A stretch of 64,000 bases of DNA from Bradymonadia bacterium (GTDB lineage Bacteria > Myxococcota_A > Bradymonadia > UBA7976 > UBA1532), in the NCBI GenBank assembly GCA_046290225.1, contig JBKAGE010000078.1, positions 64,001-128,000 of the forward strand. The letters are read 5' to 3'. The notes beneath the pieces were generated by a model. The model searched no databases, had not been told where the DNA came from, and saw only the letters and a program-made list of their open reading frames with translations. Shown here piece by piece: positions 18,872 through 27,187 of this stretch. Within the stretch, counting starts at the first letter, position 1. Each line of letters begins with the position of its first letter. Position numbers and translations under genes: made by a program.

Positions 18872-21490
18872 ATGAGTGTGCAGCCCAGCCCCGAGCTGGA
18901 AGAAGTCTACGCCCAGGCCCTCGACATTGCCTACAAAGCCGGCCAGCAGCTTTCCAGCGCCCATTTGCTGCTGGCGGTCTTCACTCTGCCCAACCTCGCC
19001 GAGGTGCTGCTCCTCGACCGCGCCGTCGACGAGATCACCCTCCTCGATCGCATCACCCACATGGAGCATGAGCCGCCAGACGTGGTGGATCGACTGATGG
19101 AGCGCGCCGCCCGCCTCGCCGCGGGTTGTGGGCAGAGTCAGATCAGCTGTTTGCATCTCGTGGGGGCCCTCACCCGCATGCCCGACGCATTCGCCCACCG
19201 CCTGCTGGCGCGATCGGGGGTGAACATCGCGGAGCTGCGCAACACCTCGATGCGCTACGCCACCGATGGCGTGCCGCCGCGGCTGCTCACCCTGACCCGG
19301 GCCATGGAAGGCGCTGATCTCGGCGCTTCAACGGCACAACAGGGCCAGCGCAGCAACTCGCGTGGGGGGCGACCGCAGGGACCAAAGGGCTCCGGCGGAG
19401 GCCGGGGCACCACCCAGCGCACCCCCCGAGGGCATCAGGGCGGTGAGCGGGACACGGTCATCGAAGACGACATCCCGACCGCGGTGTTCCACAAGGTGCC
19501 CTCCAAGCCTGGAGGCGGGCGGAGCAAGGCCAAAGCGCCCTCCCCCACCTTCGATCGGCGACAGAGCCGTGGCCGCCGCCGAGAAGATCGCAAGGTAGAG
19601 CGCCGCATCGCCGTGGGCAGCCCCAACGTCGGTGCCCGACACACGACGCCGCCCAAGGCCATGGGCGACGACACCCGGCCGAGCCCCTATGTGCTCAGCC
19701 GCGATCGCTTCAAGTGGCTCACCCTGCTCGGACGAAACCTGAGCCATCTGGCCTACCTCGACCACTTCGATCCGGTCCTCGGCCGCGATCAAGAGATCGA
19801 AGAAGCCATCGACATCTTGAACAAGCGCCGGTCGAACAACCCCTGCCTCATCGGGCGCCCTGGGGTGGGCAAGACCGCCATCGTCGAAGGCATGGCCACC
19901 CGCATGGTGACCCAGGACCAGCTGCACCGAGCCGGCCGGCCCGGTAAGGTCGTGGTGCAGATCGACGTGGGCACCGTGCTCGCCGGCACCCACCTGCGGG
20001 GCTCGCTCTCGGAGCGCTTGAGGGGTCTGCAGGCCGAGGTCGAGATGGCCGAGGGCCAGATCATCATCTTCATCGACGAGCTGCACACGCTCATCGGTGC
20101 AGGGGGCGCCGACGGCGCTGCCGATGCAGCCAACGAGCTCAAGGCCGCCCTCGCCCGGGGCAGCTTCCCGTGCATCGGTGCCACCACCATCGACGAGTAC
20201 GCCGAGTACATCGAGTCTGATCCCGCCATGGTGCGGCGGTTCACCTCGGTGCACGTCGAAGAGCCCGACGAGCAGACCACTGTAGAGATCCTGCAAGGTG
20301 TCGTGGGCCGTTACTCCCAGCACCACGGTGTGGATTACAGCGACGAGGCGGTGCGGGTGGCGGTGAAGATGAGCCGTCGCTACATCACCGACAAAGCCGA
20401 TCCCGATCGCTCGCTGGCCATCCTCGATCTCGCCGGCGCCGTGGCGCGGCGGGCGGAGAAGGCCGTCGACCGCCACGCCGTGGCCGAGGTCGTGGCCCGC
20501 ATGGCCCGCGTACCTCTCGATCAGCTGGTGCTCGACGATCCGAGCCGGTTCCTGGAGATGGAGTCCCTCCTCGCCCGACGCATCGTGGGCCAGGCCCACA
20601 CCCTCACCGCCATCGGGGAGACGATCCGCCGTAACCTCGCGGGTTTCAGCAGCAAGCGCCCCATCGGCAGCTTCCTGTTCCTCGGATCCACCGGCGTGGG
20701 CAAGACCGAGGTGGTGAAGGCCCTGGCACAGTTCCTCTTCGGCAGCGTGGACTACCTGACCCGCATCGACATGAGCGAATACCTCGAGTCTCATGCCCTC
20801 GCCCGCCTCATCGGAGCGCCGCCGGGCTATGTGGGCCACTCCGAGGGTGGGCAGCTCACCGAAGCCGTACGTCGCCGGCCCTATCAGGTCGTGCTCTTCG
20901 ACGAGATCGAGAAGGCCCACCGAGATGTCTGGAACGTCTTGCTGCAGGTCCTCGACGAGGGCCGCCTCACCGACGGCCGTGGGCGCCTCGTGGACTTCAC
21001 CAACACTGTGGTGGTGATGACCAGCAACCTTGGTGCCGACGTCTTCGAGAACCCCGACCGGCGCCCCATCGGCTTTGCCGGTGGCACTGCAGGCGACAGC
21101 TTCGAGAAGCAGTCCGAGGCGGCGAAGACCAAGGCGCGCAAGCAGTTCCCCCCAGAGCTGTGGAACCGCATCGAGCGCCGCCTGGTGTTCCACCCGCTCT
21201 CCAAGGCCGACATCCGCGCAGTGGCCCGGCTCATCATCGAAGATCGCGCCCGCATGCTCGGCGACGAGAAGAACATCCGGTTCACCGCTGACGACGCGGC
21301 CATCGAGGTCCTCATCGAACGTGGTGGTTACGAGCCGGCCCTGGGCGCCCGGCCCATGCGTCAGACCATCAGTCGGGAGATCGAGGGCCCGCTGGCTCAG
21401 AAGATCCTCGCCGGCGAGGTGGTGAGCGGTGACGCCGTGCAGGTCGTGGGCGAAGACGGTGAGCTTCGCTTCGAGATCATCGACGCCTGA
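18872..21490 (+). CDS. ClpA/ClpC-type AAA+ ATPase (Clp N domain, two NBDs, IGF loop, no M domain)
   Basis: GRPGVGKT/FIDELH and GSTGVGKT/FDEIEKAH, GAPPGYVG, RPIGF, GARP; likely start ATG 18872. Confidence 0.92.
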   Translation: MSVQPSPELEEVYAQALDIAYKAGQQLSSAHLLLAVFTLPNLAEVLLLDRAVDEITLLDRITHMEHEPPDVVDRLMERAARLAAGCGQSQISCLHLVGALTRMPDAFAHRLLARSGVNIAELRNTSMRYATDGVPPRLLTLTRAMEGADLGASTAQQGQRSNSRGGRPQGPKGSGGGRGTTQRTPRGHQGGERDTVIEDDIPTAVFHKVPSKPGGGRSKAKAPSPTFDRRQSRGRRREDRKVERRIAVGSPNVGARHTTPPKAMGDDTRPSPYVLSRDRFKWLTLLGRNLSHLAYLDHFDPVLGRDQEIEEAIDILNKRRSNNPCLIGRPGVGKTAIVEGMATRMVTQDQLHRAGRPGKVVVQIDVGTVLAGTHLRGSLSERLRGLQAEVEMAEGQIIIFIDELHTLIGAGGADGAADAANELKAALARGSFPCIGATTIDEYAEYIESDPAMVRRFTSVHVEEPDEQTTVEILQGVVGRYSQHHGVDYSDEAVRVAVKMSRRYITDKADPDRSLAILDLAGAVARRAEKAVDRHAVAEVVARMARVPLDQLVLDDPSRFLEMESLLARRIVGQAHTLTAIGETIRRNLAGFSSKRPIGSFLFLGSTGVGKTEVVKALAQFLFGSVDYLTRIDMSEYLESHALARLIGAPPGYVGHSEGGQLTEAVRRRPYQVVLFDEIEKAHRDVWNVLLQVLDEGRLTDGRGRLVDFTNTVVVMTSNLGADVFENPDRRPIGFAGGTAGDSFEKQSEAAKTKARKQFPPELWNRIERRLVFHPLSKADIRAVARLIIEDRARMLGDEKNIRFTADDAAIEVLIERGGYEPALGARPMRQTISREIEGPLAQKILAGEVVSGDAVQVVGEDGELRFEIIDA

Positions 21491-21508
21491 GCCACGCCAA
21501 ACGCTGAA

Positions 21509-22951
21509 TCATTCAGAGGCGAGTGCCTCCTCGAAGTCTGCGACCTGGTCAGGCGGCAACTGCATGGCCCTTGCCGTGGCCATCACCACCTCTCGATAGA
21601 GCGGGATCCAGTCAGGGCATCGCGCGCTCAACGCTGCCATGTGATCGGCAATCGCGGCAATGTCGCCTCGTGATACAGGCCCTGTGAGATGCCTGTGCAC
21701 GGGGCCCTGAGCCAAAGCCTCCACAGTGCCCTCTTGTAGGGGGCTGAGCACGCCACGGGCGGCAGCATCATCGAGGCCGAGGGCTCGAAGCAGGGCGACT
21801 CCACCAGCCATCAGCGCGCCGATCCCGTTGCCTGCCAGCACGGCAGCGGCATGCCAGGCGCCCTTACCGCCTTGAGGGATGTGCACAGCCTCACCCGACC
21901 AGGCTGCGACCAGATTGCGACCGATGCCCACGGCATCCTCGTCGCCCTCGACAGCACACCAGGCACCTTCCAAGGCCTCCACCGCCCCAGTGACACCATG
22001 GAGCGTCTGCACCGGGTGCACCGAGCCCAACGCCCTGGCATGCGCCGCCAGCGGATGGAGCGCCTCACGGCCTAGGCGTCCTGCGCAGTGCATCACCGTC
22101 GTGTGGTGCAGGCGCTCGCCAGCGGCCACCGCGATTTGATGAGCCACAGTCTCGATGGCCTCGTCTGTCACCGCCAGGATCCACACCGGCGCCTGAAGCA
22201 TCGCAGACATGTGCGACGCCAACGGCCCGGAGTGGGTTGCACCCGCCCGCAGGGTACGGTTCCACACCACAGGGACCTCGACCCCAGCAGCACGGAGCGC
22301 AGTGGCCAGTGCCAGACCTGCGCGGCCGGCTCCGAAGATGGCCACAGGCCCCACCTCTGGTGGAGAAGCCAGACGCCCATAGATCTCCTGCGCCTGCTGA
22401 CGAATTTGAGGTGGCAGCCACCGCAAGGTCTCTTCCGGCCCCCCTGAGGCCAGGGCGTTGCGCAGAAGCGTACTGGAGATCCCGGTGAGCACCGGCCCGG
22501 GCAAGCACCACGGGGCCTGGGCGAAGTGCTGCAGCGCTGCCTCGTGACCCGGCCGACCAAAGACGATGACCTGCCAGCGGGCCACCAGCTCGTCGAATCG
22601 ATGCCACCGATGAGACTCGGTGAGGTTGTCGGCCCCCATCACCCACATGAAGGCGTGCTCCGGGTGGGCGTGCTCGAGGGCCTCGAGGGTGTCGTAGGTC
22701 CTGCTGATGCCTTTGCGCTCCCCCTCGAACTCGGAGATCTTGACCGGCGCACCGCCGAAGCCCTCGAAGGTGGCCTGGAGCATCTCCACCCGCTCTTCGA
22801 AGGCCGCCATGTGTTTGCCAAAAACATGGCCGTAGGCCGGCATCACCCACACCTCGTCGACGTCCGACCGGCTCAACAACGCCGAAACGGTGAACACATG
22901 GGCCAGGTGGGGTGGGTTGAACGCCCCGCCGTACACAGCAACACGGGCCAT
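21509..22951 (-). CDS. nadD: Nicotinate-nucleotide adenylyltransferase fused to a Rossmann-like/DUF2520 (PanG-like) domain
   Basis: YGGAFNPPHLAH, MGADNL..WH, ISSTLLR; then GAGRAG, LAVTDEAI, HCAG, SVHP, WHAAAVLAGN, LTGPVSRGD; ATG 22951 overlaps the upstream stop. Confidence 0.85.
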   Translation of the reverse strand: MARVAVYGGAFNPPHLAHVFTVSALLSRSDVDEVWVMPAYGHVFGKHMAAFEERVEMLQATFEGFGGAPVKISEFEGERKGISRTYDTLEALEHAHPEHAFMWVMGADNLTESHRWHRFDELVARWQVIVFGRPGHEAALQHFAQAPWCLPGPVLTGISSTLLRNALASGGPEETLRWLPPQIRQQAQEIYGRLASPPEVGPVAIFGAGRAGLALATALRAAGVEVPVVWNRTLRAGATHSGPLASHMSAMLQAPVWILAVTDEAIETVAHQIAVAAGERLHHTTVMHCAGRLGREALHPLAAHARALGSVHPVQTLHGVTGAVEALEGAWCAVEGDEDAVGIGRNLVAAWSGEAVHIPQGGKGAWHAAAVLAGNGIGALMAGGVALLRALGLDDAAARGVLSPLQEGTVEALAQGPVHRHLTGPVSRGDIAAIADHMAALSARCPDWIPLYREVVMATARAMQLPPDQVADFEEALASE

Positions 22952-24156
22952 CAGGGCTGCTCCGGATAGAGCAAAGCCTGAGATCTGAGGGGCAGGAATG
23001 TCTCGAGGGCCTGCTCCCCCGCCTGCCACACGGCATCGATGTCACCACCGGCCTCGATCGTCTCCCTCACCGTCGTGCCACCACAGAGCAAGTCGATGGC
23101 CAGTCGATCACTGACATACTCATAGCGCTCAGTTCGCCAGCGCAGGGCCTCACCATGCACCGCCTGTACGGCGGAGAGGAAATGCAGGCCTGCTCGCCAG
23201 GGCTGAAAGGCGCTTCGATCACGTACGTGCAGGGCCACGCCACCGATGGTCTGCCCACCGAACTTGTGAAACGTGGGCCGGTACCAGACCGGGCGCCAGA
23301 CGATGCCCTCCACAGGTCGAGCGCTGAGCGCCTCACACACCGCAAAAGGATCGACATAGTCGGCGCCGATGAGTTCGAAGGGGCGCGTGGTCCCCCGCCC
23401 CTCGTTCATCAGGGTGCCCTCGATGAGGCACATGCCCGGGTAGACCACCGCAGTTTCCACCGTGGGCATGTTCGGAGACGGTTGCACCCAGGGCAGGCCC
23501 GTTTCGTCGAAGTACATGCTGCGCTGCCAGCCACGCATCTTCACTACGGTGATGTCTGCGCCAAAGCCTTCTCGGGCGTCGAGCAGGGTCACCACCTCAC
23601 CGATGGTGAGCCCATGGCGGATGGGCAGCGGCCACATCCCCACGAAGCTGGCGTAGGCCCGATCGCCGAGCCCGCCCTCCACCTGAGCGCCTCCGATGGG
23701 GTTCGGGCGATCGAGGATGACGACGGGCACCCCCACCTTCGCCGCCGCCTGAGCGCACAGCGCTGCGGTGTAGATGTATGTGTAGTAACGGGCCCCGACG
23801 TCCTGCAAATCGACGACGAGTACGTCGAGATCTGCGAGGTGCTCTGCCTTCGGTTGCAAGCTCTCAGGCGTATCACCATAGAGACTGATCAGCTCCGCTC
23901 CGGTGATGCGCTCCGTGGGGACTTCGGCCACAGCGATCATATCCTGAGCGTCTGCCCAGATGCCGTGCTCGGGACCAAAACAGCGGGTGACGTTCACCCC
24001 TGCAGCCTTCATCCGAAGCAAAACATGAACAAGTTGAGCGTCTACGCTCGCGGCGTGGCAGACCACGCCGACTCTCTGGCCTCGGAGAGCAGAGAAGCCC
24101 TCTTCGACCCAGAGGTCGAGGCCAGTGGCAACTGCAGGTGAAGTGTGGGTATGCAT
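22951..24156 (-). CDS. namZ: DUF1343 family exo-beta-N-acetylmuramidase
   Basis: FGPEHGI, SLYG, DLQDVGARYYTY, LDRPNPIGG, RHGLTIGE, PSPNMP, EGRGTTRPFE. Confidence 0.9.
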   Translation of the reverse strand: MHTHTSPAVATGLDLWVEEGFSALRGQRVGVVCHAASVDAQLVHVLLRMKAAGVNVTRCFGPEHGIWADAQDMIAVAEVPTERITGAELISLYGDTPESLQPKAEHLADLDVLVVDLQDVGARYYTYIYTAALCAQAAAKVGVPVVILDRPNPIGGAQVEGGLGDRAYASFVGMWPLPIRHGLTIGEVVTLLDAREGFGADITVVKMRGWQRSMYFDETGLPWVQPSPNMPTVETAVVYPGMCLIEGTLMNEGRGTTRPFELIGADYVDPFAVCEALSARPVEGIVWRPVWYRPTFHKFGGQTIGGVALHVRDRSAFQPWRAGLHFLSAVQAVHGEALRWRTERYEYVSDRLAIDLLCGGTTVRETIEAGGDIDAVWQAGEQALETFLPLRSQALLYPEQP

Positions 24157-24203
24157 GCCGGTCAGTCTACACCGGCATCAGATGGGGGGCGAATCCGGGC
24201 TGC

Positions 24204-25835
24204 TCAGGCGATGGGTACGGGGCGCAGCGACACGCCCTGCTCGCGGATGTTCACCAGGAAACGGATGCGGGAGCAGTTGTAGCGACCCTTGAGATCATCG
24301 GCGTGGCTGTTCAGCTGATCAGCGAACTTCTGGAAGCTGATGCCCTTCACCGGTGCGCCGGCCTCCTGGCTGGCGTTGAGGTACTCCTGGTACACGCGGC
24401 GCAGGTAGCTTTCTTCAGGCTCGTTCACCAGGGCCAGAATCTCAGATGACAAACCCGACTGATCTGCCAGGGGCACCGGCGTCACGGGATCCGTGAACTG
24501 GCTGGCCATGGCAGGCACGGGGCTGCGCTCGCTGGAGACCGGGCCGCTCTGAGGCGCCTGAGGGGTGGCAGGGGCAGGCTTGCTGGCCCCTTCTCCCTGC
24601 CACTGCAAACGCTTCACTGGTCGCGGAGGCTCGTCCTCGTCTTCGGGGAGCGGGCGACCAGAGAGGTGACACACCATGATGTTCAAGTTCTGGCCCATGG
24701 TGTCGGCGAGCTCCTTGGAATCACCGTCCACCTCGAACCAGTAGTCCAGGTTGCCATTGATGATCTCCAGCACCCCGCCGTCGATGCTCTCGAGAGGCTT
24801 GACGAACTGATGATGGAAGAAGGCGATGAGACCAAAGATGACGAAGGCCGCCAGCATCACCGTGAGGGGCACCATGGGGGCATGGCTCGTGGCGGCGATG
24901 ATGGCCTTGTCGAGGTTGGCCATGACCAGGAAGCCAGCCTTCTCAGCACCAGCGTTGCTCCCGAGGTGACCGGCCATCCCCTGCCAGGTGCGGTTGCCCA
25001 GGGTGAACGTGAAGGCCTGGCCGTCTTCGATGCGGCTCTGAACATCCATCCCCTTTACCACCTGCCTGGCCACAGCGGCCTCTGCAGAGGAGTCGAGGGT
25101 GGAGCCCTGGCGTAGGTGTTCACCGACGAAGTAGGCCACGTCGGCGTGCACGACTTCTTTGTCCTTCCGGGCCTCGGCGCCGGTCAAGCGGTAGCCCAGC
25201 ACCACCGAGCCCACCACCTTGCCGCCGAAGCGGATCGGCGAGACGGCGACGTCCATGGGGGCGCCCTTCCACTGCCAGAGATCCTTGAAGGTCTTGCCCT
25301 TGCGCTGGCTCAGGATCGGATACTCGCGGGCCACCGAGGCCTCTTTCGTGCCGTACCAGGCGGGATCACCATCTTTGGCCACCCCGACGCCGTTGGTGTT
25401 GAGCACCATGAAGAGGTCGGGCTTCTCGCGGCGGTAGAGGGCGAGCACAGCGCCGTCGGCATCGCTGGGCGCGTTGGCGGCCCGCTGCTCGAACTTGCGG
25501 GACCACACGTGCACCTCGGTGTGCATGCGGTTGTGCACCTCAAGCAGGAACTCGTCGTCTGACGGCAAGGTGCCATCTTCCCGGACGAAGTCTTGCGGTC
25601 TGAGGTTGAGGGTCTTGCCGATGGGCACGAAGCGGGCCACCTCTTCGGCCTTTGCCACGAGGGCAAAGTCTTGGAGCTGGCGCACCTTCTCCAGGGCATT
25701 GCGTGCCTGGGTCAGGCGTTCGGTCATGGCCGCTTTGGCCTGCTCTTCGCCCTTCTCGATGGTCTGGAAGTAGAGCACCCCGCCCACTACGGCGGAGATG
25801 GTGAACAGCGTCGCGGCGACCTTGATGCGGAACAT
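24204..25835 (-). CDS. Membrane protein: periplasmic Cache-like region, HAMP-like linker, MXAN_5187-type C-terminal domain
   Basis: Two TM segments; FVKPLESI..INGNL (HAMP-like); C-terminus YLRRVYQEY..ISFQKFADQL..RYNCSRIRFLV. Confidence 0.7.
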   Translation of the reverse strand: MFRIKVAATLFTISAVVGGVLYFQTIEKGEEQAKAAMTERLTQARNALEKVRQLQDFALVAKAEEVARFVPIGKTLNLRPQDFVREDGTLPSDDEFLLEVHNRMHTEVHVWSRKFEQRAANAPSDADGAVLALYRREKPDLFMVLNTNGVGVAKDGDPAWYGTKEASVAREYPILSQRKGKTFKDLWQWKGAPMDVAVSPIRFGGKVVGSVVLGYRLTGAEARKDKEVVHADVAYFVGEHLRQGSTLDSSAEAAVARQVVKGMDVQSRIEDGQAFTFTLGNRTWQGMAGHLGSNAGAEKAGFLVMANLDKAIIAATSHAPMVPLTVMLAAFVIFGLIAFFHHQFVKPLESIDGGVLEIINGNLDYWFEVDGDSKELADTMGQNLNIMVCHLSGRPLPEDEDEPPRPVKRLQWQGEGASKPAPATPQAPQSGPVSSERSPVPAMASQFTDPVTPVPLADQSGLSSEILALVNEPEESYLRRVYQEYLNASQEAGAPVKGISFQKFADQLNSHADDLKGRYNCSRIRFLVNIREQGVSLRPVPIA

Positions 25836-26103
25836 CCGTCACTCCCCTGGGTCAGCCCTCCAGGGGCAGAGCCCCTCGAAAGCAAGTCCTTGAAATCAAT
25901 GGATTTCACCCTTGCGTCCAGCCATCGTAGACCGGCCCGGAGGGGGTGTCAATCATCCCCGGGCCACCCACCATGGTGGCGGTGTCGCCTCAACAATTCG
26001 GCAACTTGGCGCGGTAAAATGAACTGAAGCGGTCCCTGAGGACTCAGGGGAAAATGCAGAAGGATTACAAGACTGAATCAGTCCGAAACACTTCCATTGA
26101 CCC

Positions 26104-26994
26104 CTATTGGGCCACGAAGCCTGCCTGGATGCCGGTGATGGTGGCGGAGAGAGGGTAGGCCTCCACGGGCTCGCCACCATCCGTGAGGGTGGTCATCACT
26201 CGCTCCACGTTCAACTCGTCGAAGAGCTCTGACAGGATCCGCTGGGTGTCAGCGTTGCCGGGGACCAGCTCAAAGAGGGTCTCCGAGGCGTCAGCCACGG
26301 TGATGAAACCGCTGAGGCTGGCGTCCATCAGCGCCAGGGAGTCGGGGCCCTCGGTATCCTCGAGACCGGGGGTCACGGTGCCGGAGATCTCCACGGACTT
26401 CAGGGGGATGATCAGCTTGAGATCTTCGCTGTAGATGTTCAGGTCGCCCTTGGAGGTGCTGGTGAACATGTCACCGCTCCTGCTGGCCATGAGGCTGCCC
26501 ACATCGACGTTGCAGGGGTTGGCCTCGCCGTCGAGGTTGATGCACTCCCCCTCGGTGAGCCAGGTGAAGATGTTGTCGACGACGGGCTCGGTGTCCCCAC
26601 CGGCGGTGTACTGCCCGGCACCACCGTTGACGGTGATGTCGCCCGTGGCCCAGTCGTTGAGCTGCACGAGGATGATGACCGAGTCGTCCCCGAAGGATCG
26701 GTTGAGCAAGGTGCCGAGGATGTTGCGCACGGCAGAGGGCTCTTCGATCTGAATGCTGTCGATGTCGAAGGTCAGCTGGTTGATCTCACCCCCGCCGGCG
26801 CCTGCGCCTCCAGCGCCACCCCCGGCGCCTCCACCAGCGGCTCCACCGGCACCTCCTGCCATCGCCGCGCCAGCGCCTCCGGCCCCCCCGGAGTCGCCAT
26901 CACCACCATCGTCGTCACACCCGAAACAGGCCAGCGCAGCCATGGCGCTCACCAGCAGCCCACCGCGCAGGTGGTGCGTTACTTTGCCGAACAT
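26104..26994 (-). CDS. Lipoprotein with Gly-rich tether, unknown function
   Basis: Signal ending LACFGC, followed by DDDGG and a poly-GA linker; likely ATG 26994. Confidence 0.75.
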   Translation of the reverse strand: MFGKVTHHLRGGLLVSAMAALACFGCDDDGGDGDSGGAGGAGAAMAGGAGGAAGGGAGGGAGGAGAGGGEINQLTFDIDSIQIEEPSAVRNILGTLLNRSFGDDSVIILVQLNDWATGDITVNGGAGQYTAGGDTEPVVDNIFTWLTEGECINLDGEANPCNVDVGSLMASRSGDMFTSTSKGDLNIYSEDLKLIIPLKSVEISGTVTPGLEDTEGPDSLALMDASLSGFITVADASETLFELVPGNADTQRILSELFDELNVERVMTTLTDGGEPVEAYPLSATITGIQAGFVAQ

Positions 26995-27187
26995 CGGCGC
27001 TCCTTCTCGTGAATGCGTCGCGGGAATGTAACACGATGTGGGGGGTAAAGATTCAAGTGGAGTGATGTCGCTTGGGGCGTCGCCGACCTTGACAGCTGAC
27101 TCCAGCATTGCCAATAAGGGGCCCAAACGCCTTTCGGGCGACCGTCCTGGCGATCATCCAGCCCCGCCCCGCGTATTCAGGAGTCGA

